Shown one piece after another: positions 7,917-15,106 of a stretch of DNA of 17,106 nucleotides; positions within the stretch are counted from its first letter, which is position 1, and every line of letters starts with the position of its first letter. This stretch comes from Phycisphaerae bacterium SG8_4 (lineage in GTDB: Bacteria > Planctomycetota > Phycisphaerae > Sedimentisphaerales > Anaerobacaceae). A model generated the notes under the pieces. It was not told the DNA's origin and ran no database searches. It saw only the letters and a program-made list of their open reading frames with translations. The DNA lies in assembly GCA_001303465.1 (NCBI GenBank), contig LJTR01000041.1, positions 1 to 17,106 on the forward strand. The letters run 5' to 3'. Position numbers and translations under genes: made by a program.

Positions 7917-9905
7917 TTACAGCCCCAGTTCCTTGACGGGCTTGTTCGCCATGCCAAGATCCTTGACGGTACTCAGCAGGTTGCTCAAAACGCCCTTGTT
8001 CTCTTTGTCGGATTTTGCTATCAGTTTGGCAACCAACGCTGAAATTGTAAGGTTCTTAATGTCTTCGGACTTCAATCCGAACTGAGAGACAAACCGTCTG
8101 ATCTGCTGTGCTGTGGTCTGCTCATCGGAGCCGATCAGGCTTTCCTTGAGATCGGTCAGCACGCCACTGTTGTTGACCGCTCTGTCCACACTCTTGCCGG
8201 TCGTTATGGCATTGACCAGCCGTTCGAAGAACTGGTTCTCGCCGCCAATGATTTCGATGTTGGCCGCCTTGAGTGCTTCAGCCACTATCTTGGCCTGCTC
8301 GGCCGCAATCTCTTTCCTGATGTTTATTTCAGCAAGTTCGATTTCCAGGTCCTTGTTGAGTCGCAGTTTGAATTCCTCGTGCTCTTTTCCGACTGCGTCA
8401 AATATCTTCATGGCCTCGGCCTTATCTCGGATGCCGTCGGCGTCGGCATGGTACTTCAACTCGAGGACCTTTGCTTCGGCAGTACCCTCCTTCTCAAGTG
8501 CAACAGCCTTTGCCTCCATCACTTCGGCCTCCGCCGTGCCCGCAACGGCATGTTCTTTCACAGAAGCCAGCGCGAGTGACTTCTTTGCCGCGGCGTTCTT
8601 CTCCGCCGCCTTGAGATTCGCATCGGCATCTATCAGTTTCTGTTCGGCGTAGAATTCCTCGGCCTTCTTCGCAGCCTCTGCGGCTTTGATGTCTTTGACG
8701 AGTGCCTGCTCGGCTTCTTCCTCGGCCTTTGTGATCTGTACGCTCTTGTGACGTTCGGCGGTCGCAAACTCCCGCGTATCCTTGATCTTCTCTTCCTCTG
8801 TCACGACGGTCTTCTCAACCATCACCCTCTCGCGGATGACAGCCTGCAGCTCCTTTTTCTCCGCCTCGACCGCTTTTTCCTTGTCGACCTGAGCTATCGA
8901 CACTACGCGTTCTCGCTCGGTGGCCTCCAACCCTCTGTCTCGCTCGACTCGCTCCAGTTCGATGGCGTCCGTACGCTCCTTGTTTCTTGTGGCGACGATA
9001 ACCTGCCGCTGCTTGTTTTGCTCGGCAACGAAGATTTCTTCCTCGGCGCTTATTCTAGCCTTCTCCGCCTTCTCTCGCTCGGCCTCCTGGACCCTCTTCG
9101 TCTCGGCCTCTTCTCTGGCCTGAATCGAGGCGATTTCGCGTTTCTGTTTTGCATCCGCCTCGGCCAGTTGCTTGTTAAGCTCAAGTATCGCTTCGTCGGC
9201 CTCTACGTTCTGTTGTGTGATGGTCTTGTCTTTTTCACGCTCGCGATCATTGGCCAGCTCATACTGTTCGGCGGTCAGCACAGTAATCTTCTTGATACCC
9301 TCGGCATCGAGGATGTTGTCGGGATTAAGCAGCTTCTTGTCAGTCTGCTCGAGGTAGTCGATGGCCGCATCCTCGAGGACATAGCCGCTCAGGTCGGTTC
9401 CAATCACTTCGAGTATCTGCTCTCGGAACCGCACACGGTCGGTATACAGTTCGACGAAGTCAAACTGCTTGCCGACTGTCTTGAGGGCTTCGGAGAACTT
9501 CGCATCGAACAGCTCGACCAATGCCTGGCGGTCGGAGGCTCTCTCACAACCCAGCGACTGAGCGACCTTGATTACGTCTTCGACCGTGTTATTGACCCGA
9601 ACAAAGAATGCGACCACGATATCCGCGCGAAGATTGTCTTTGCAGACAAGACCCTGCACGGCGCGCCGGTCGATCTCGATCCGCTTGACCGATACATCCA
9701 TGTATTCGACGCGGTGCATTATCGGTATTACGAACTTGCCTGAAAAGCTGACCTGAGTTCCGCCGACACCGTTTCGAATCAGGGCCTGCCCTTGCGACAC
9801 CTTCTTGTAACACTTGAGAAGTAAAGCAAAGAAGCCCGTGCCGACGATGGCTAAGACAACTACAGCTACAATGAATAATTCTTGTGCAAATGCAAGCATG
9901 GTCAT
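7917..9905 (-). CDS. Flotillin-like SPFH/band-7 protein (YqiK/FloT-like), 662 aa.
   Basis: N-terminal membrane hairpin LFIVAVVVLAIVGTGFFALLL. An SPFH-like region follows (GGTQVSFSGKFVIPIMHRVEYMDVSVKRIEIDRRAVQGLVCKDNLRADIVVAFFVRV). Then comes a very long Glu/Ala/Lys-rich coiled coil (EAEKKELQAVIRERV..., AEEEAEQALVKDIKAAEAAKKAEE) typical of flotillins. The ATG at 9903-9905 overlaps the NfeD stop TGA (ATGA). The ATG at 9897-9899 (third residue) has better spacing from the GGAG. Confidence 0.9.
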   Translation of the reverse strand: MTMLAFAQELFIVAVVVLAIVGTGFFALLLKCYKKVSQGQALIRNGVGGTQVSFSGKFVIPIMHRVEYMDVSVKRIEIDRRAVQGLVCKDNLRADIVVAFFVRVNNTVEDVIKVAQSLGCERASDRQALVELFDAKFSEALKTVGKQFDFVELYTDRVRFREQILEVIGTDLSGYVLEDAAIDYLEQTDKKLLNPDNILDAEGIKKITVLTAEQYELANDREREKDKTITQQNVEADEAILELNKQLAEADAKQKREIASIQAREEAETKRVQEAEREKAEKARISAEEEIFVAEQNKQRQVIVATRNKERTDAIELERVERDRGLEATERERVVSIAQVDKEKAVEAEKKELQAVIRERVMVEKTVVTEEEKIKDTREFATAERHKSVQITKAEEEAEQALVKDIKAAEAAKKAEEFYAEQKLIDADANLKAAEKNAAAKKSLALASVKEHAVAGTAEAEVMEAKAVALEKEGTAEAKVLELKYHADADGIRDKAEAMKIFDAVGKEHEEFKLRLNKDLEIELAEINIRKEIAAEQAKIVAEALKAANIEIIGGENQFFERLVNAITTGKSVDRAVNNSGVLTDLKESLIGSDEQTTAQQIRRFVSQFGLKSEDIKNLTISALVAKLIAKSDKENKGVLSNLLSTVKDLGMANKPVKELGL

Positions 9906-10588
9906 TTCTCCAATTCTAACGGTGCAATTGTATATGTTCCCTTTTCATTGTCCTTTCCAACTATCACCGCCTCATCGCCCTTGTGAAATACGTGCGCACC
10001 GTCTGAAATCACGTTAAGAACAATGGGGGCTCCCTTGGTCTTGACTTCGGCTTGCCCCATCTTGTCTGAAACCGAGGTTGTCACGACAGTGCAAATGCGA
10101 CCTATGACTTTCCTTGGGGCGTTGTAGTCCTTGTTGAACATTTCGTAGACTTTCTTAAGCGGCATGGCAAAGATCCTGCAAATAAAAAGACTCGCTACTA
10201 AGCTTATCGCGTATACCGGCACGGCGAGAAGTAATGAACTGCCCGGATTGAAGTAATGGTTGCCGAACATGCACAGCATCCACATACTCAGGATCAGAAT
10301 GCTGGACAGCAGCATGATCGGCACCTCGCCGACATAGAAGAAATGCATGATCGAACGCAGAACGCCGTGCTGACTCATATCAAGGTCGAGGTCGCCCTCC
10401 GCATCGACATCGACATCCACGTCAACGTCGCCGCCCGCCTCAAGGCCGGAATCGAAGAGTTCAACATCAAGAAAGTCAACATCCAGCGCACCCAGAATGA
10501 CGGTGATCCAGTAAATCACGTTCAGGATCAAGAGAACCGTCACAACTGCGTTTACCGGCGAAAAGGCAGTTTGGATCAAGTCAATCAT
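9902..10588 (-). CDS. NfeD/YqiJ-like membrane protein (228 aa); the usual partner of SPFH/flotillin proteins.
   Basis: Three predicted TM helices (VVTVLLILNVIYWITVILGAL, IMLLSSILILSMWMLCMFG, LLLAVPVYAISLVASLFICRIFA) and a C-terminal soluble beta-rich domain (GRICTVVTTSVSDKMGQAEVKTKGAPIVLNVISDGAHVFHKGDEAVIVGKDNEKGTYTIAPLE) resembling the NfeD OB-fold. It lies immediately upstream of flotillin, the same gene order as yqiJ-yqiK and yuaF-floT. It contains an acidic (DV)n stretch. Coordinates are taken from the ORF track. Confidence 0.75.
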   Translation of the reverse strand: MIDLIQTAFSPVNAVVTVLLILNVIYWITVILGALDVDFLDVELFDSGLEAGGDVDVDVDVDAEGDLDLDMSQHGVLRSIMHFFYVGEVPIMLLSSILILSMWMLCMFGNHYFNPGSSLLLAVPVYAISLVASLFICRIFAMPLKKVYEMFNKDYNAPRKVIGRICTVVTTSVSDKMGQAEVKTKGAPIVLNVISDGAHVFHKGDEAVIVGKDNEKGTYTIAPLELEK

Positions 10589-10606
10589 CTCATGGCCCCT
10601 TCGGTT

Positions 10607-11281
10607 CTACTGCTGCTTCTCCTCCAGCAGGTCCTTCATCGCCTCTAACTCGGCCTCAACCTGCAGGTCTCTGGATCTCTCGGCAAGTTGAATATCGGTC
10701 AGGGCGTCACTGTGGATTTCCTGCCGTATCTCCACTTCCGCTTCGGTCTGCAGGACTTCATCTTCAAGGCGATCGAAAGCGACCCCTTCTCCACTCACTG
10801 CCGCCGTTTTGTCTAAATGTTGTTCGAAGGCGTTCTGAGCTTCCGCGACTCTCTTTCTCGCTCTCAGATCCTGCAGTTTCAATTTCGCAGCCTTTAACTG
10901 CTCCTGCAGCTTCACGATGTTGTCACGCAAAACATCGTATGTCTTGCAGCCGTGTTCGACGCCCGGTTGAATCTGGCTGATCCGCTCGGCGAGCTTGACT
11001 TTTTCAGTCAGGGCCTTGCGAGCCGCCTCTTCGTCGCCCGCCTTGAGGGCTCTCTCGGCCTTGGCCTTCAACTCATCCTGTTGGGCCTTGAGCTGCTCAA
11101 GCTCTCGTTGCATGCGCTTGAATGTCGCCCCGTATGATGCGGCACTCTCGCGACCTTCCAGCACGGTCTCCTCAAGCTCTTTGATCTTTGACTCAAGTTC
11201 TTGTTCTGGAGGTTCGACCTTGTCCAGAAGCCAGTTTATGTTGGCTTTTGTGATTCTTCGCATTCTATCGAATATGGACAT
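10607..11281 (-). CDS. pspA: PspA/IM30-family protein, paralog 2, the one closest to canonical PspA.
   Basis: MSIFDRMRRITKANINWLLDKVEPPEQELESKIKELEE closely parallels the E. coli PspA N-terminus. GAGGAG lies 8 nt upstream of the ATG. The protein is all helical coiled coil and ends ...LLEEKQQ. Confidence 0.9.
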   Translation of the reverse strand: MSIFDRMRRITKANINWLLDKVEPPEQELESKIKELEETVLEGRESAASYGATFKRMQRELEQLKAQQDELKAKAERALKAGDEEAARKALTEKVKLAERISQIQPGVEHGCKTYDVLRDNIVKLQEQLKAAKLKLQDLRARKRVAEAQNAFEQHLDKTAAVSGEGVAFDRLEDEVLQTEAEVEIRQEIHSDALTDIQLAERSRDLQVEAELEAMKDLLEEKQQ

Positions 11282-11371
11282 TTCTCTATCTCCTCATTTC
11301 TCGGACCATAGGCGTAACAAATCAAAAGACTAAGAAATCATCTCAAAGACAAGTCAGACGCGGGACGGATT

Positions 11372-12070
11372 CTATTGCCCGCCGCCTTCTGTCTCACCAG
11401 CCTTTTGCCTAAGTTCGGCCAGACGTCTGTCAATTTCTGCCTCGTTGCTCAATTCCTGAAGTCTCTTCTCCAATGAGGCGCTCGCCGTCCCCTCGCCCGT
11501 GAAGCTTGCCTGGATTTCAAGCTCCGCCTCGGCCTCTTCGATTTTGGCTTCCAGTCGTGCGACTGCGTCAAGAATGCTGTCACCGGAACCGACCGTGCCA
11601 GAAACAGTGCTCTGGATCTTCTTCTGAACCTTGGCGACTCTTGCGCGGGTCAGTATCTCCTCCTTTTTGGTGCGAAGCTCTGCGAGCTGCTCCTGGATCC
11701 TCTTGCGTGACAGCGTCGCCCGCTCAAGAGAGCCTTGGGCTATTTCAAGATTCTTTTGTGAGAAGTCTGAAGCACGCTCTGCCTGAATCTGGGCATCGAG
11801 AGCCTGTCGGGCGGTCTCCTCATCACCCTTCTGCAGCGCCATGTAGGCACCGTCTCCGTACTTGTCGATCGTAGCCTTGTGCTTCTGGACTTCGCGTTCG
11901 GAATGCTTGACTGTCGCGGTGGCTTTGGCTTCGGCCTCGGTGGCAGCTTCGAGCTGTTCTTCCATCTCCTTGACCAAAACAGGAAAAACAAGCTCAGGAT
12001 CTTCAAATCTGCTTAGAAATGCCTCAATCTTACCTACGGTGACGCGGTGCAAACGTGTGAAAAGTCCCAT
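11372..12070 (-). CDS. pspA: PspA/IM30-family protein, paralog 3 (232 aa from the preferred start).
   Basis: MGLFTRLHRVTVGKIEAFLSRFEDPELVFPVLVKEMEEQLEAATEAEAKA...QKGDEETARQALDAQIQAE. The start at 12070 is preferred over the ORF-track 12094 because AGGAG lies 6 nt upstream and the N-terminus is then canonical. It is more similar to paralog 1 than to paralog 2. Confidence 0.9.
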   Translation of the reverse strand: MGLFTRLHRVTVGKIEAFLSRFEDPELVFPVLVKEMEEQLEAATEAEAKATATVKHSEREVQKHKATIDKYGDGAYMALQKGDEETARQALDAQIQAERASDFSQKNLEIAQGSLERATLSRKRIQEQLAELRTKKEEILTRARVAKVQKKIQSTVSGTVGSGDSILDAVARLEAKIEEAEAELEIQASFTGEGTASASLEKRLQELSNEAEIDRRLAELRQKAGETEGGGQ

Positions 12071-12120
12071 TGCTCTCTCCTTTCCGGCTTCCACTAAAGT
12101 ATTTAGAGAATTACCGACGA

Positions 12121-12138
12121 CGGAGGGACGATTCCCTC
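12121..12138. promoter_or_regulatory. Perfect 7-bp palindrome GGAGGGA-cgat-TCCCTCC in the leader about 50 nt upstream of PspA paralog 3.
   Basis: Read directly from the sequence. It is either a leader-RNA hairpin containing a GGAGGG pseudo-Shine-Dalgarno sequence or a dyad operator for a DNA-binding regulator. Confidence 0.2.
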
Positions 12139-12325
12139 CTTATCGTTATACCCTTGAGGGTAGTAAATCCTCGCGAGCAAGATCATAAACTGTTGTTGTA
12201 AAACCACTTGCCCGCGGAATAACGGGAACTTTCAATCGGGATCACTACAACAATGCCCATAAGACATTATCCCGGCATCTCATATGTGTAAAGAACAAAG
12301 TTGCGAACTCTTTCTGGACTCCTGC

Positions 12326-12343
12326 CCCCGCGCAGGCGCGGGG
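12326..12343. terminator. GC-rich hairpin CCCCGCG-cagg-CGCGGGG (7-bp stem, 4-nt loop) in the 415-nt intergenic region; a possible U-tract-less terminator or RNA structure.
   Basis: Read directly from the sequence. It lies about 170 nt downstream of the lipoprotein stop in the - strand direction. No adjacent T-run on either strand, so intrinsic-terminator function is uncertain. Confidence 0.25.
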
Positions 12344-12510
12344 TCGTCATTTCAATGGCCCACCTAAAATCGCTTGTCTCATCGCTACTACATAGACTAC
12401 TTCTGGCTGCAAGAAATTCAATGATTCTTAGAAAAATTTTGCTCTTTCGCTAAGGTGATATGGAGCAGCTCTTTGGCTGCTGCGCCAATATGCCGATCGA
12501 GACCGAACTG

Positions 12511-12690
12511 CTACTCTCTAACACGCTCGATATCCTCCCATCGATCCCAGCTTTCATTTGGGTTTCCGTGTATCCTGCGATCGTCCTCCATTTGACGTTC
12601 CAGCCACAGAGACTCTGTCCGGTCACAGCAGGATGAACATCCTGGCAGCAACACTGTCAGAAATAGAATAATGATCATCAGAATCTTCAT
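12511..12690 (-). CDS. Small (59 aa) putative lipoprotein.
   Basis: The ATG at 12688-12690 is preceded by GGAGAGGAGG. The signal peptide MKILMIIILFLTVLLPG|CSSCC has a lipobox-like LPGC. The mature part is short, acidic and Trp-rich (ESLWLERQMEDDRRIHGNPNESWDRWEDIERVRE). The ORF-track start at 12735 adds 15 residues with no RBS. Confidence 0.5.
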   Translation of the reverse strand: MKILMIIILFLTVLLPGCSSCCDRTESLWLERQMEDDRRIHGNPNESWDRWEDIERVRE

Positions 12691-12777
12691 AGTACCTCCT
12701 CTCCGGCACGCAGCATTTAGCACTCGACAGTTCACCTCGTGATATGCAGCGGCGCTAAGCCGATTCTGGACTTGACT

Positions 12778-14226
12778 CTATTGATCAACAGTGCTTTCAT
12801 CGGGTGAAAGCTCACTGTCGCCGCTCCTTGCCTGTCCAGCTGCATTATCCATCAGTATCCGTTCGTGATGGCGCATTGCGCCGAGCGCGACCTCACAGGG
12901 AAAGGTAAACAGCTGAAACGACTCGGCTGAGATCCTGTCCTCGTCGAGGTCTTCGAGCACTCTTCTAAATATGTCAAAGAGTTTCTGGCGGACCTCGCGA
13001 AGCTCATGAATGTTCTCGATCTTGCGTGCCTGCTCGATAAGGCCCAGAATCTCCAGGTTGTACATGTCTGCCCGGTTCTTCTGTCGCTGCTGGAGACGCA
13101 ATCGAATGTGCCATATCCCGGATGCACACAGAACGATAACGGAAAGAAACAGCGCCAGAGGCTCTGCATATGTCACTATGAAGGCCGGTCTTTCACGGCG
13201 ATAGAAAGCCTTGGCGCCGGCGTGCAGGGGCACACCAAGGTCCTGGCTTGAACCGGCCAGTCGCATAGTGGCCGCACGAGGGTTTTCTGCCATCAGTTTG
13301 TTGCGATGTTCATACAGGATCTTTGTGATTACCCTGATGGCCTCTTTGTCGACTCGCTTGTGGGTTAGCAGGAGCGCTTGGACCGAAACCGAAGGAACGT
13401 CCTTCTCCGGTACGGCCGGCTCACCCCAGAATGCCGCTCTGTGGATAGCCGCGTCCGCCACGTACGGATACCATGTTCGGACGGCGTTGGCGTCAATGGC
13501 AAGCAGTCCGGCAGGCCTGTTGCTCTGCCTCAGCAGTCTGCTCATGCACTGGTTGCCGACTGCTATGAATGTGATAATTGCATCTACTTCGTTGCGAAGA
13601 AACGCATCATTGGCATCTTCAAGGCTGAGGACCTTGGAAACCGTGAGTTCATCTTCCATGCCGTAGCGCTCGACAAACCTGTAAAAGAAGGAGCCGTGGT
13701 CGTTAGGATCTGCCTCTTCGCCTAGGAGACTAGACATCACCGCAATACGTTTACCTCTGAGTCCACCGATGCTCTCGATTTCTTGGTCAGCTACAAGGTG
13801 GAGAATTTCCGGGAACAACGAAGCGACCCCCTGAACCGACGGCTTTGTCAGCGTATCATCCTGAACAATGGCAAGCTCGACTTCGCCATCTTCTAGCAGC
13901 TGCATGTTTCTGCAAGATCCGGGCGTTGGTTTGGTCTCAATTCGCACCCTCTTTTGATTATCGTTGATTACCTGTTTGAGGGTCTCGCCAAACGCGTAGT
14001 ATTCTCCGCCCTTTCCTGCTGTCGCCAGGGTTATCGACACGGGCGAATGCACGCGGATCAATTTCACTGCGAAAACCACAACCATCACGATACTTGCCAG
14101 TGCAATTGTGGCAATCAGCCTGGCGTAGAGAGATGTCCCTTCCTTGCCCTGTGGAGCTCGTGATCGCCCGGTAATCCATCGCAGCAGCGACGAGATGGTA
14201 CCGGCAAGGCTTCTAAATATTCGCAT
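12778..14226 (-). CDS. Membrane protein carrying a periplasmic TAXI-family (TRAP-associated) solute-binding domain between two TM helices, plus a cytoplasmic helical C-terminal domain; sensor or receptor-like.
   Basis: The ATG at 14226 (MRIFRS...) has AAGGAG 8 nt upstream; the ORF-track start at 14247 is TTG. TM1 is IATIALASIVMVVVFAVKLI. The TAXI signature is ATAGKGGEYYAFGETLKQV...PGSCRNMQLLEDGEVELAIVQDD...LRGKRIAVMSSLLGE. TM2 is LALFLSVIVLCASGIWHI. About 115 cytoplasmic residues follow (QQRQKNRADMYNLEILGLIEQARKIENIHELREVRQKLFDIFRRVLEDLDEDR...). No kinase or permease domain is present. Confidence 0.75.
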   Translation of the reverse strand: MRIFRSLAGTISSLLRWITGRSRAPQGKEGTSLYARLIATIALASIVMVVVFAVKLIRVHSPVSITLATAGKGGEYYAFGETLKQVINDNQKRVRIETKPTPGSCRNMQLLEDGEVELAIVQDDTLTKPSVQGVASLFPEILHLVADQEIESIGGLRGKRIAVMSSLLGEEADPNDHGSFFYRFVERYGMEDELTVSKVLSLEDANDAFLRNEVDAIITFIAVGNQCMSRLLRQSNRPAGLLAIDANAVRTWYPYVADAAIHRAAFWGEPAVPEKDVPSVSVQALLLTHKRVDKEAIRVITKILYEHRNKLMAENPRAATMRLAGSSQDLGVPLHAGAKAFYRRERPAFIVTYAEPLALFLSVIVLCASGIWHIRLRLQQRQKNRADMYNLEILGLIEQARKIENIHELREVRQKLFDIFRRVLEDLDEDRISAESFQLFTFPCEVALGAMRHHERILMDNAAGQARSGDSELSPDESTVDQ

Positions 14227-14335
14227 AGGTGTTGCTCCTTTTGTCAAGCATCTGTGCGGAGTTCTCAGTCAACGTCTTGTAGTCACTCATACAGGAAAGC
14301 ACTACTGACGATTCTTTCGCCCATTGAGGCCCTCT

Positions 14336-15097
14336 CTATGTCATCTGATCCACAGTCTGTGCGGCCTTGTCCACAACATTCATGAATCTACTATAAAGCT
14401 CCTCTGCGTCTTTTGGCGGTAATGAGGTGTCACGATCACGCAGATCGCTGACATCTCGGAGCGTGCCGGCATCGAGATCAAGTTTCTCAGCCGCAACATC
14501 GACAATCTCGTCTCTCGAAGGTAAATCCTGCCCAGTGAGAGATACGACCACACGCAGCGTTTCAAGAAGACCACCAATTGCCCGCGACATCATCTGGGTC
14601 AGCGCCCGGCCACTTGCCATTATGTAATGCCGGCGCATACGAAGCAGAAGGTTCTTGATCTGCTGCTCGCATCGCAAGCGCAGGTGCTCGCGACCGATCT
14701 TGAGGTTTCCGAGCAGATCCGAACCTGACAGCACTCTGTACGATTCCTGCATGGCAAGGAATTTAACTGGAAACACATCTGCCGATGAACGCAGATTCAT
14801 CTCGGTGATGAAGAAGGGGGCAATGCCGTGACGGCGTCCTCGCAAAACCGGATCCAGTACCTTCTTCAGGATAGGCACGTCAATGCGCTCAAGAACGACG
14901 AGAATATTGATGTCACTCTTGCCCGGCCTGTAGTCGTTGCGGGCAGCACTCCCGTAAAGACAGATGCACTTGACGTCAATATCTGATATGTCACTTAGAG
15001 TACGACAGAGTGCTGTAAGTGAGTCCTTCTCTTGTTCTGAGAGCTTTGTTCCCGACAGGTCACTTGGTTCGTTCATTTTGTTTCCCTTCACAATCAC
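14336..15097 (-). CDS. Polbeta-superfamily nucleotidyltransferase, about 246-253 aa, similar in size and architecture to KNTase/ANT(4') (N-terminal NTase domain plus C-terminal helical domain).
   Basis: The NTase motif is hG[GS]x9-13Dh[DE]h: CICLYGSAARNDYRPGKSDINILVVL. Candidate starts are GTG at 15097, 10 nt after the radical-SAM stop, or ATG at 15076 with AAGGGAAA upstream. It is co-directional with, and tightly spaced after, the radical-SAM gene. Confidence 0.8.
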   Translation of the reverse strand: MIVKGNKMNEPSDLSGTKLSEQEKDSLTALCRTLSDISDIDVKCICLYGSAARNDYRPGKSDINILVVLERIDVPILKKVLDPVLRGRRHGIAPFFITEMNLRSSADVFPVKFLAMQESYRVLSGSDLLGNLKIGREHLRLRCEQQIKNLLLRMRRHYIMASGRALTQMMSRAIGGLLETLRVVVSLTGQDLPSRDEIVDVAAEKLDLDAGTLRDVSDLRDRDTSLPPKDAEELYSRFMNVVDKAAQTVDQMT

Positions 15098-15106
15098 GTG
15101 AGCATA

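Noticed and set aside
2389-10648. Long + strand ORFs antisense to the main genes (2389..2928, 3295..4104, 4138..4503, 5002..5493, 6415..7182, 7186..7644, 8113..8652, 8748..9743, 10256..10648 and others).
   Set aside because: They lie inside and opposite much longer ORFs with clear family signatures (AAA+, flotillin, NfeD). They are Ser/Ala/Leu-rich, as expected for antisense strands of Glu/Ala/Lys-rich coiled-coil genes. They have no RBS or recognisable motifs.
12461-12637. A 58-aa + strand ORF (MEQLFGCCANMPIETELL...) antisense to the small lipoprotein gene.
   Set aside because: Only one of the two overlapping frames is likely real. The - strand lipoprotein has a strong GGAGAGGAGG RBS and a signal peptide plus lipobox. 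Confidence in either is modest.
14241-14248. TTGACA hexamer about 20 nt upstream of the TAXI-protein ATG on the - strand.
   Set aside because: It is too close to the start codon to serve as a -35 element for that gene, and no spaced -10 partner was found.
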